Part shown: positions 17,381 to 25,437 of the stretch, one piece after another
Layout of the letters: every line of letters starts with the position of its first letter
How positions within the stretch are numbered: the stretch's first letter is position 1
Assembly (NCBI GenBank): GCA_035763205.1
Contig: DASUBP010000186.1
Location: 1 to 51,303, forward strand
Origin: Gemmatimonadales bacterium
GTDB taxonomy: Bacteria > Gemmatimonadota > Gemmatimonadetes > Gemmatimonadales > GWC2-71-9
Length of the DNA: 51,303 bases
Direction: 5' to 3'
Program-made: the position numbers and the translations under genes
The notes under the pieces: model-generated
Databases searched by the model: none
What the model was told of the DNA's origin: nothing
What the model saw: the letters and a program-made list of their open reading frames with translations, nothing else

Positions 17381-18546
17381 CCGTTCTGGTCCTGGCCCTC
17401 CTCAGCCCCCTGTCCGCACAGAAGCCGGGAAGCTTCGATCAGCAAATGCGCGACAACCAGCGGCGCCTGGAGGACATCCGGCGCCAGCGGAGTGATGCCG
17501 AGAACGAGCTCGAGTCCCTGCGGACGCAGGTGCACTCGATCGAGGACGAGATCGCGAACCTCGAACGGCAGAAGGAAACCACCAACCGGATCGTCAACGA
17601 GATCGACCGGCAAATCGGCGAGCTCGGCAGCCAGGTCTCGCAGACCACCGTCGACCTGATCCTGGCCCAGGACGCGCTGGCGGAAAAGCACGCGGTCCTC
17701 GAGCGCCGGATCGTGGACATCTATAAGCGGGGGCCGCTGTACGACTGGCAGGTCCTGCTCACCTCCGAGAGCTTCGGCGACCTGCTCTCCCGCTACAAAT
17801 ACCTCTATCTCGTCAGCCGGCAAGATCGCCTCCTGGCCAACGACATGCAGAAGCTGGAGGACCGCGTCGCCCGCGACCGGCACAACCTCCTCGACGCCCG
17901 CGACGCGCTCGGCCGCCGCCGCAACGAGCGGGCCGACGAGCTGACGCGCTACTCGGATCTCGAAGCCCGGCGGACGCAGGACCTGCGGGAGACGCGCCGC
18001 GGCATCCGGGCCGCCCAGCTCAAGGTGACCAACAGTGAGAAGGAAGAGAACCGGCTGACCGACGTGATCGCGCGGCTCGAGCGGGCCCGCCGCGACGCGC
18101 TGGCTCGCGGAGCGGCCACCGCGAAGGCCACCATCACCACCGCGAGCCTGGGAACACTCCCCTGGCCCGTCAGCGGGAATCTGCTGTACCGCTTCGGTCC
18201 CGCCCCCGGTCCCGACAACACGCAGATCACCTGGCACGGGGTCGGCATCGCGTCCCCGGCGGGGACGCCGGTGCGCGCCGTCGCCAGCGGCACCGTGGTG
18301 GACGTGGGCGTGCGTGGCACCTACCTGACCACCGTCATCCTGCAGCATGGCGGCGGCTACTACACCATCTACGCCACCCTCTCGGACGCCACGGTCCACC
18401 TCGGCGATCCGATCGTTGCCGGCGAAGTGATCGGCCACGTCGGTGGCGCGTCGACGGACCAGGGCGCCCATCTGCACTTCGAGATCCGGGGGCCGGATCA
18501 GATCGCACTGGATCCGCTCAACTGGCTGAAAAGGCAGCAACCATAG
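17362..18546 (+). CDS. EnvC-like murein hydrolase activator (coiled coil plus degenerate LytM/M23 domain)
   Basis: Long coiled coil. The LytM domain has WHGVGI in place of HxxxD but keeps HLHFE. Start is uncertain. TTG 17362 is the only canonical in-frame start between the ftsX stop and the hydrophobic LLLDAVLVLALLSPLSAQ. The first ATG (17446) would delete that signal peptide. Confidence 0.7.
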   Translation: MTLLLDAVLVLALLSPLSAQKPGSFDQQMRDNQRRLEDIRRQRSDAENELESLRTQVHSIEDEIANLERQKETTNRIVNEIDRQIGELGSQVSQTTVDLILAQDALAEKHAVLERRIVDIYKRGPLYDWQVLLTSESFGDLLSRYKYLYLVSRQDRLLANDMQKLEDRVARDRHNLLDARDALGRRRNERADELTRYSDLEARRTQDLRETRRGIRAAQLKVTNSEKEENRLTDVIARLERARRDALARGAATAKATITTASLGTLPWPVSGNLLYRFGPAPGPDNTQITWHGVGIASPAGTPVRAVASGTVVDVGVRGTYLTTVILQHGGGYYTIYATLSDATVHLGDPIVAGEVIGHVGGASTDQGAHLHFEIRGPDQIALDPLNWLKRQQP

Positions 18547-18563
18547 GCATTTCCTGAAGGGCG

Positions 18564-18592
18564 TTGACGCTGGTCTTGCACCCCTGTATTCA
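18564..18592 (+). promoter_or_regulatory. Sigma-70-type promoter of the tetR-hlyD-ABC operon
   Basis: -35 TTGACG (18564-69), 17-nt spacer, -10 TATTCA (18587-92), 9 nt before ATG 18602. No SD. Confidence 0.6.
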
Positions 18593-18607
18593 TACAAACG
18601 TATGAAT
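18588..18607. promoter_or_regulatory. Probable TetR operator (perfect 8-4-8 palindrome)
   Basis: ATTCATAC-aaac-GTATGAAT overlaps both the -10 and the tetR start codon. Confidence 0.6.
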
Positions 18608-19216
18608 CATACTACGTCTACCCCCGACCGCCTGCTCAACGCCGGCTGGAAGCTGTTCGCGCAACAGGGCTACGACCGGACATCGGTCCGCGCCATCACC
18701 CGCGCCGCGCGCGCCAACCTCGGCGCCGTGACCTACCACTTCGGCTCCAAGGAGCACCTGTACCACGCCGTGCTGGAGCGGCTATTCCGGGAAATGGGGG
18801 ACCGGCTCTCGCGCGCCGCTGCCGGCAACGGAGATCCCGGCGCGCGCATCCGCGCGATCGTGAGGACGATGTTCGAGTTCTTCGGAGAGTACCCGGATGC
18901 CCCGCGGATCGTCCTGCAGCAGGTCACGCGCGGCGGTGCCGTGCCGGACGCGGTCGCGACTCGCCTCCGCGCCAATCTCGCGATCATTGCGGGCGTGGTG
19001 GCCGAGGCGCAGGCGCGCGGTCTGTTTCGCCCCGCCGAGCCGTTGTTCGGCGCGTTTTCGATCATCTCACAGACGGTCTGGTTCGCCGTCGTCCGCCGCA
19101 CCATCCCCCAGGTCAGTCATGCCCTCGGCAACCCCGATCTCGCCGACCGCTTCGAGCACCACATCGCCGAGATCGTCACGCGCGGACTGGCCCGGAACCC
19201 CGAGAGCATGCCATGA
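18602..19216 (+). CDS. TetR-family transcriptional regulator
   Basis: N-terminal HTH: LLNAGWKLFAQQGYDRTSVRAITRAARANLGAVTYHFGSKEHLY. Confidence 0.9.
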   Translation: MNHTTSTPDRLLNAGWKLFAQQGYDRTSVRAITRAARANLGAVTYHFGSKEHLYHAVLERLFREMGDRLSRAAAGNGDPGARIRAIVRTMFEFFGEYPDAPRIVLQQVTRGGAVPDAVATRLRANLAIIAGVVAEAQARGLFRPAEPLFGAFSIISQTVWFAVVRRTIPQVSHALGNPDLADRFEHHIAEIVTRGLARNPESMP

Positions 19217-20085
19217 ACCGTTTCCTTCGGCTCTGTCTCGCCGGCCTGGCGCCGGCGGTTCTGGTCGCCTGTCACGGCGATGCAGCGCAGTCCCGCATCG
19301 CAGGGACCGTCGAGATTCGCCAGGTGCGGGTGTCCCCACTGACCCCCGGCCGGCTCGTTCGGCTGTTCAAGGACGAAGGGGACTCGGTGCACGCCGGGGA
19401 CACCATCGCCCTCCTGGAGCAACCGGGGCTTCACGCTCTCATAGACGAACGTCGTGCGAGGGCCGCCAGCGCCGCCAGCCGGACCGGCGAAGTCGGCGCG
19501 GCCATCGCCGAGAGCACGCGCGCGGCGAACGACTTGATCCGGGCTGAGCCACTCCGTGCCCAGGGGATCGTCTCAGCGCAGCAATACGAGGCCCTGACCG
19601 CGGCCGCCGCCGTTGCGGCTGCCCACCTGCAGTCCGTTCGCGCCGCCCCGACCGACGAGGCCGCGGCCCAGGCCGCACTGCAGGGCACCGTGGCGATCCG
19701 TAACGAGCTGGTGCTGACCGCCCCGGTGGACGGCGTCATCCTCACCCGCTACGCCGAGCCGGGAGAGGCGGTGTCCACGGGAGCGCCGGTCGTGTCCATC
19801 GGCGAGGTGACGCGACCCTGGGTCCGGGCCTACTTGCCCGAGCCCCTCCTCGCTCGGATTCGGCTCGGCACCCGGGTCCGGGTCCACGCCGACGGGTACG
19901 CGGACAGCGCGTTCACGGGCACGGTGGCGGAGATCGCGCCCCAGGCCGAGTTCACGCCACGGGCGGCACTGACCGAGCGCGAGCGGGCCGACCTGGTATT
20001 CGGCATCAAGGTTGAGGTCGGAAGCGCCGGCGGGCGGCTCAAGGCCGGGCTGCCTGTCACGCTGGACATTCCTCTCCTGCCATGA
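19213..20085 (+). CDS. HlyD-family membrane-fusion/periplasmic adaptor protein
   Basis: ATGA overlap with the tetR stop. Lipoprotein-like N-terminus (LVAC), barrel-sandwich and coiled-coil segments, C-terminal LKAGLPVTLDI. Confidence 0.8.
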   Translation: MNRFLRLCLAGLAPAVLVACHGDAAQSRIAGTVEIRQVRVSPLTPGRLVRLFKDEGDSVHAGDTIALLEQPGLHALIDERRARAASAASRTGEVGAAIAESTRAANDLIRAEPLRAQGIVSAQQYEALTAAAAVAAAHLQSVRAAPTDEAAAQAALQGTVAIRNELVLTAPVDGVILTRYAEPGEAVSTGAPVVSIGEVTRPWVRAYLPEPLLARIRLGTRVRVHADGYADSAFTGTVAEIAPQAEFTPRAALTERERADLVFGIKVEVGSAGGRLKAGLPVTLDIPLLP

Positions 20086-20816
20086 CCGCGGCCGTCATCA
20101 CGCGGGGATTGCGGCGGACCTACGGCGCCCTGGTGGCCGTCGATCATCTGGACTTGGAGATCGAGCCCGGGGAGGTCTTCGGTTTGCTCGGGCCCAACGG
20201 CTCGGGCAAGACGACGACGATCCGCATGCTTTGCGGACTCGTCGCGCCCACCAGCGGCACGGCGGAGGTGGCCGGGATCGACGTGACCCGGGCCCCCGAG
20301 GAGGTGCGAAACCGGATCGGATACATGTCGCAGCGATTCGGCCTGTATGAGGACCTCACGGTGGCCGAGAATCTCGACTTCTACGGCGCGGTGTACGGTC
20401 TGCAGGGGGCGGCGCAGGCGGTGCGCGCCGGCGAGGTGGTGCAATTCCTCGGCCTCGACCAGCGCCTGGGGCAGCTCACCGGTCAATTGTCCGGTGGGTG
20501 GAAGCAGCGGGTGGCGCTGGGGTGCGCGCTCATGCACCGGCCGACCGTGCTGTTTCTCGACGAGCCGACGGCCGGGGTGGACCCTGCCGCGCGGCGGTCC
20601 TTCTGGGCCGCCATCAAGAACATCGCGGGGCACGGGACGACGGTCATCGTCACGACCCACTACATGGACGAGGCCGAGAGCTGCGGACGGCTCGGGATGA
20701 TGAGCGGCGGCCGCCTCATCGCGTTGGGCACGCCCGCCGAGGTGGCCCGTCAGGTGAGTGGCGGCGGCACGCTGGAGGACGCCTTCATCCGTCTGCAGGA
20801 GCAGGTCGAGCGATGA
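20082..20816 (+). CDS. ABC transporter ATP-binding protein
   Basis: ATGA overlap with the upstream stop. Walker A GPNGSGKTT, signature LSGGWKQRVALG, Walker B LFLDEPTAGVD. Confidence 0.92.
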   Translation: MTAAVITRGLRRTYGALVAVDHLDLEIEPGEVFGLLGPNGSGKTTTIRMLCGLVAPTSGTAEVAGIDVTRAPEEVRNRIGYMSQRFGLYEDLTVAENLDFYGAVYGLQGAAQAVRAGEVVQFLGLDQRLGQLTGQLSGGWKQRVALGCALMHRPTVLFLDEPTAGVDPAARRSFWAAIKNIAGHGTTVIVTTHYMDEAESCGRLGMMSGGRLIALGTPAEVARQVSGGGTLEDAFIRLQEQVER

Positions 20817-21925
20817 TGGGCCACCTCCGCCCCATGATCCGCAAGGAATTCATCCAGATGCGGCGGGACCGGCTCACCCTCGGCATCATGGTGGCGATTC
20901 CGGTGGTGCAGCTCCTGCTTTTCGGCTACGCGATTCAGACCGACGTCCGGCACATCCCCACGGCGGTGTTCGACGACTCCCGCACGCCCGAGAGCCGGGA
21001 CATCGTCGCGGCATTCGAGAACACCGGGAACTTCACCATCATCGCCAGGGTGGCGAGCCGTGCGGCGCTCGATGACGCCATCGCCCGGGGCAGCGCCCAG
21101 GCCGGCATCGTCGTCCCGCACGACTATCCCGAGGCTCTCGCCGGAGGCCGCTCCGCGCGGATTCAGGTCATTGTGGACGCCGAGGATCCGCTGTCGTCGC
21201 AGTCCGCACTGGCGGCGGCGTCCGGCGTGGGTGAAGTCCGGAACCTGGCCATCCTCTCGGCGGCCGCGGGGCGCACCATCCTGCCCATCGAAGTCCGGGT
21301 CCGCCCCCGCTACAACCCGGGACTGCGGAGCGCGGTCTTCATCGTGCCGGGTCTCGTAGGGGTCATCCTGACGCTGACGCTGGTTCTGGTGACGGCGATG
21401 GCCATCGTACGCGAACGGGAGCGGGGGACCCTCGAGCAGCTCATCGTGACGCCGGTCACGCGCACGGAGCTGATGATCGGAAAGATCGCGCCCTACGTCG
21501 CGGTAGGACTGGTCCAGATGACGACGGTGTTGTTTCTCGGGCGCTGGGTATTCGACGTGCCGCTCACCGGGAGCCTGCTCCTGCTCTATGGTGTCACGCT
21601 GGTGTTTATCGTCGCATCCCTGGCGTTCGGGCTTCTGATCTCTACGCTGGTCAGGACGCAGGCGCAGGCGATTCAGGCGAGTTTCTTCTTCGTCCTGCCC
21701 AACATCCTGCTGTCGGGATTCATGTTTCCCCGGGCCGCCATGCCGGCGGTGGCGCAGTGGATTGGACTGGCCCTGCCCCTCACGTATTTCCTGAAGATTC
21801 TGCGGGGGATTCTGCTCAAGGGAGTGGGGATCGAGAGTCTCTGGCCCGAGGTGGCAGCCCTCGCGGCGTTCGGGGCGGTCGTGATCACCCTGGCGGTGCG
21901 GCGGTTCCACAAGACGCTGGACTAG
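20813..21925 (+). CDS. ABC-2 type transporter permease
   Basis: ATGA overlap with the upstream stop. N-terminus MMGHLRPMIRKEFIQMRRDRLTLGIM, a large periplasmic loop and C-terminal TMs, resembling the YbhS/YbhR family. Confidence 0.85.
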   Translation: MMGHLRPMIRKEFIQMRRDRLTLGIMVAIPVVQLLLFGYAIQTDVRHIPTAVFDDSRTPESRDIVAAFENTGNFTIIARVASRAALDDAIARGSAQAGIVVPHDYPEALAGGRSARIQVIVDAEDPLSSQSALAAASGVGEVRNLAILSAAAGRTILPIEVRVRPRYNPGLRSAVFIVPGLVGVILTLTLVLVTAMAIVRERERGTLEQLIVTPVTRTELMIGKIAPYVAVGLVQMTTVLFLGRWVFDVPLTGSLLLLYGVTLVFIVASLAFGLLISTLVRTQAQAIQASFFFVLPNILLSGFMFPRAAMPAVAQWIGLALPLTYFLKILRGILLKGVGIESLWPEVAALAAFGAVVITLAVRRFHKTLD

Positions 21926-21932
21926 GCAGCAA

Positions 21933-22035
21933 ACTGCGTCGAGGAAATGCGTCGAGAAGAAACGTCAAGGAGAATCGTCGATGCCTCTCGTTGACGACCT
22001 TCCTTGACGATCTTCCTCGACGATCTTCCTCGACG
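21933..22035. repeat. Palindromic array of 13-nt units, 4+4 copies (core CGTCRAG / CTYGACG)
   Basis: Cores lie at 21937/21950/21963/21976 and are mirrored at 21991/22003/22016/22029. The period is exactly 13 nt and the centre is GCCTCTC. Confidence 0.85.
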
Positions 22036-22040
22036 TCTTC

Positions 22041-23450
22041 TTAGCTTGTACTGCCAATCCGGTCGGGCGCCTTTTTCCCGACCGCGAGTGATTCCTCCAA
22101 CAGCCGGATCAAGTCTTTCGGCTCGAAGGCATCCGGATGCGGGAACGTCACCAGCCCGGCCGTGAGGCTCGGCGACCGGACGGGGCCGAGATGCGGAAAG
22201 GTGTGGGCGTCGACCACCCGGCGGATCCGCTCCACAAACCCCCGGGCGCCGGCGAGCGCGGTTCCCGGAAGAATGAGAGCGAACTCGTCACCTCCGTAGC
22301 GCGCGACGAAGTCCGGCGCCCGGATCTCCCGTTGGAGCATGGCGCCGAGATCGAAGAGCACCTCATCCCCCACCGTCTGCCCCGACGTCTCGTTGATGGT
22401 CCGCAGGGCGTCGATATCCAGCAGTACCAGGCTGAACGCCAGGGTGTAGCGGCGCGCGCGCTCGAACTCCTCGCGCAGCCGCTGGTCCAGGGCATCCAGG
22501 GAACCGCACCCGGTCAGGGCGTCCGTAGTGCCGGCCGACACCTGGCGGCGGAACATGGCGGACCTGCGCTCTTCGTTCTCGAGCACGCGGGCCGCGGCTT
22601 GAGCGATCGTGTTCGCGAAGTCGACGTCGGTGGGATCGAGCTCCGGCTCTCCCCGCTCGGTGCGCAAGAAGAAGACTCCGGCGGCGCGTCCATTCACGAA
22701 CACGGGCAGCGCCGCCGAGGATCGCACCTTCACGTCGATGCGCTGCTCTTCCCAATGCCGCCGAATCGCCGCAAACAACGGGTGCTGGTGCACGTCGCTG
22801 ACCACCACGGGGGCGCGGGTCTTCAGCGCTTCCTGGATCTCGGGGTAGCGGTCCAGATGCACTTTCAGGTCGCGCACCTTGGGATCCTCGTATACCGCGA
22901 CCACTCGCCCCTGGGCCCCGCCGGGACCGGTGAGCACGAAAGAGCAATGGGTGAGTCCAAAAGCCTCTCCCACCCGCCGCACCAGGGTCTCGAACACCTG
23001 CTCGGGCCGCAGGGCGCCCGAGACTTCCTGGAAGATGTCGAAGAGAGCCTCGCGGGTCCGCAACGCCCGCCGCGCCGACGACAAGGTCGCCCGCCGGCGC
23101 CGATCAGACGCCAGACGCGCCTCGACCTCCGTCAAATCGATGGGAGCCCGGATCACGTCGGTGGCGCCGGCGCTGAGCAGGGCCGCCGTATGGAGCGCGG
23201 TGCCGCCGGTCAAGAGGACGACGATCGAGGCGCCGTCATGGCGAGGATTCTTGACCATGTCGCGAACCCGCTCGATGAGCGACGGATCGTTGGGGGTGGC
23301 ACCGAGGAGAATGACGTGCGGCGGGCCGTCGGCAGCCGTTTCGGCGTCGAGGACCGCGAACCCGGCCCGGACCAGCATCCGTTCGAGGCCCTCCGGACGT
23401 GCCTCGGGAGCGCCAAGCAACAGGAGTCGAGACGGTTTCGATTCAGCCAA
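22041..23450 (-). CDS. Diguanylate cyclase: pseudo-receiver plus GAF plus GGDEF
   Basis: ORF trimmed to TTG at 23450 with AGGAG 4 nt upstream. Has GGDEF (ARYGGDEFALILPG) with an RAPD I-site. The N-terminal REC-like fold lacks the acidic pocket and the acceptor Asp. Confidence 0.85.
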   Translation of the reverse strand: MAESKPSRLLLLGAPEARPEGLERMLVRAGFAVLDAETAADGPPHVILLGATPNDPSLIERVRDMVKNPRHDGASIVVLLTGGTALHTAALLSAGATDVIRAPIDLTEVEARLASDRRRRATLSSARRALRTREALFDIFQEVSGALRPEQVFETLVRRVGEAFGLTHCSFVLTGPGGAQGRVVAVYEDPKVRDLKVHLDRYPEIQEALKTRAPVVVSDVHQHPLFAAIRRHWEEQRIDVKVRSSAALPVFVNGRAAGVFFLRTERGEPELDPTDVDFANTIAQAAARVLENEERRSAMFRRQVSAGTTDALTGCGSLDALDQRLREEFERARRYTLAFSLVLLDIDALRTINETSGQTVGDEVLFDLGAMLQREIRAPDFVARYGGDEFALILPGTALAGARGFVERIRRVVDAHTFPHLGPVRSPSLTAGLVTFPHPDAFEPKDLIRLLEESLAVGKKAPDRIGSTS

Positions 23451-23525
23451 TGGACTCCTGGATCGCCGGGGGACCTCGTGCCAAGGTAAGTTTCGCCCGA
23501 TGCCGAAACAAGCTGGAGCCGACGG

Positions 23526-24173
23526 ATGAGCCGGCCGGCACCGGGAACCGCCGGGCCAAGACGGCGAATGGTGCGGGAGCAGATTGCGCGACGGGGCATC
23601 CAGGACGCTCGCGTCCTCCTGGCCATGGACCGGACGCCCCGCGAGTGGTTTGTGCCTGACGAATCGTCGGCGGACGCCTATGCCGACGAGCCGCTCCCGC
23701 TGATCGCGGGACAGACGATTTCCCAGCCGTACGTCGTCGCGCTCATGACGGCGCTGCTCGCCCCCACCCGTCACGACCGGGTGCTCGAGATCGGCACCGG
23801 TTCCGGCTACCAGACCGCCATTCTCGCCCGCCTCGCGGCGGAGGTCTACACGGTGGAACGCATCCCCGAGCTGCTCGTCACCGCGGAGGCGCGCCTGCTG
23901 CGGATGGGACTCACGAACATTCAGACCCTCATCGCCGACGGCGCGCGGGGCTGGAGCGCCGCCGCTCCCTTCGACGGGATCCTGGTCGCCGCCGCGGCTT
24001 CCCAGGCGCCGCCCCCGCTCCTCGAGCAGCTGGCGCCGGGCGCGCGCCTCATCATGCCCATCGGCGACCAGCGTCGGCAGGAGCTCACGGTGTTCACGCG
24101 ACTGGATTCAGGGGTCCGGGCCCACGGCTTCGGCGGCGTCCGGTTCGTCCCGCTCGTCTCCCCCCTCTCATGA
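23526..24173 (+). CDS. pcm: Protein-L-isoaspartate O-methyltransferase
   Basis: GQTISQPYVVALM and the SAM motif VLEIGTGSGYQTA. GGAG SD upstream. Confidence 0.92.
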   Translation: MSRPAPGTAGPRRRMVREQIARRGIQDARVLLAMDRTPREWFVPDESSADAYADEPLPLIAGQTISQPYVVALMTALLAPTRHDRVLEIGTGSGYQTAILARLAAEVYTVERIPELLVTAEARLLRMGLTNIQTLIADGARGWSAAAPFDGILVAAAASQAPPPLLEQLAPGARLIMPIGDQRRQELTVFTRLDSGVRAHGFGGVRFVPLVSPLS

Positions 24174-25024
24174 ACGACACCCTCGCCCTCCTCGGCGCCC
24201 ATGTGTCCACGGACGGCGGCGTGTCCACCGGACCGGCGCGCGGCGCGGAAGTCGGCGCCCGCGCGATTCAGCTTTTCACGAAGACGCCGAATCAATGGCG
24301 CGAGCCGCCCATCATTCCCGATGAGGTCGAGCGCTTCAAGGCGGAGATGGCGCGGACCGGCATCGAGGTGGCGGTCGCACACGACAGCTACCTGATCAAT
24401 CTCGCGTCACCCGATGACAAGCTGCGCGCCAAGAGTCTGAAGTGCTTCACAGGCGAGCTCGAGCGCTGCAAATCCTACGGGATTCCGTACGTCGTGTCTC
24501 ATCCGGGGAACTTCATGGATGACCATGACGCCGGACTCGCGCGCAATGCCGCGGCGTACGCGGCGGCGCTCGCGGAGGTGCCGGGTGACGTCGGCGTGCT
24601 GATCGAGGGCACGGCAGGCGCGGGTACCGCGCTGGGACGCAGTTTCGAAGAGCTGCGGGATCTCCGAAACGGGATGCCGGAAGCGGTGCGGCACCGCGTC
24701 GGGTTCTGTCTGGACACGGCGCACATGCACGCCGCGGGGTACGACGTCGTCGGGAACATCACCGGCGTCCTGGACGAGTTCGACCGGGTGGTGGGCCTGG
24801 AGCATCTGAAATGCTTCCACCTCAACGATTCCAAGGCCGCCCCGGGGTCCAGATTGGACCGCCACGACTGGATTGGTGAGGGAACCATCGGGGCGGAGCC
24901 GTTCCGCCGCATTTTGCAAGACGCACGTTTTGCGAAAGTCATTAAAATTATCGAGACGCCCAAAGGCGACGACCCGGTGCACCATGACCGCCGGATGCTC
25001 GAGCGACTCCGGTCGTACGCCTGA
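24170..25024 (+). CDS. nfo: Deoxyribonuclease IV (endonuclease IV)
   Basis: ATGA overlap with the pcm stop. LGAHVS..., AHDSYLINLAS, VSHPG, CLDTAHMHAAGYD, HLNDSK. Confidence 0.92.
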   Translation: MNDTLALLGAHVSTDGGVSTGPARGAEVGARAIQLFTKTPNQWREPPIIPDEVERFKAEMARTGIEVAVAHDSYLINLASPDDKLRAKSLKCFTGELERCKSYGIPYVVSHPGNFMDDHDAGLARNAAAYAAALAEVPGDVGVLIEGTAGAGTALGRSFEELRDLRNGMPEAVRHRVGFCLDTAHMHAAGYDVVGNITGVLDEFDRVVGLEHLKCFHLNDSKAAPGSRLDRHDWIGEGTIGAEPFRRILQDARFAKVIKIIETPKGDDPVHHDRRMLERLRSYA

Positions 25025-25058
25025 ACGAACCCCGGGCGCAGAACGTAGTGGGGGACCG

Positions 25059-25409
25059 ATGACCCGTTCGCGGACGCGCCGCAGCTGGTTGAAGCCGGCA
25101 CTGGCCGCCCTGCTCCTGTTCCTTCAGGTCACAGGGGCGCCGGTGGTCGGCATCGCGCACGCCCGCGAACCTGGCCCCGCGCCGGTCTCGCTCGAGAGCG
25201 GCCACTCCGATCGCTGTCCTGTGCTCCACAACGAGCTCACCTGCATTCTCTGTCAGTACGCCGGGTCCCTCGTCGTTACCCGGCCCGCACAGCCCGAGCC
25301 GGACCTCGGCCGCATAGCGTTTGCGCCAGCCGCCGTCGTCTCGCGGCCTCGCGCCGTCGAACGTCCGGCGCCCTGCACCTCCCCCCGAGCACCTCCCGCA
25401 CTCTCCTAG
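25059..25409 (+). CDS. Small exported His/Cys-containing protein upstream of the czc-like operon (positional analogue of CzcI)
   Basis: ATG 25059 lies within ORF 24873..25409. Signal/TM segment WLKPALAALLLFLQVTGAPVVGIAHA. Followed by SGHSDRCPVLHNELTCILCQY. Coding status rests on position and the signal peptide only. Confidence 0.45.
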   Translation: MTRSRTRRSWLKPALAALLLFLQVTGAPVVGIAHAREPGPAPVSLESGHSDRCPVLHNELTCILCQYAGSLVVTRPAQPEPDLGRIAFAPAAVVSRPRAVERPAPCTSPRAPPALS

Positions 25410-25437
25410 TCCGGACACAGGCGCGTGGAGCGCCTGA

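Noticed and set aside
21933-22035. The 13-nt tandem units read as a CRISPR array.
   Set aside because: The period is only 13 nt (7-nt core plus 6-nt spacer). The two halves are inverted complements of each other, and no cas genes are present. This is a structured hairpin repeat, not repeat-spacer architecture.
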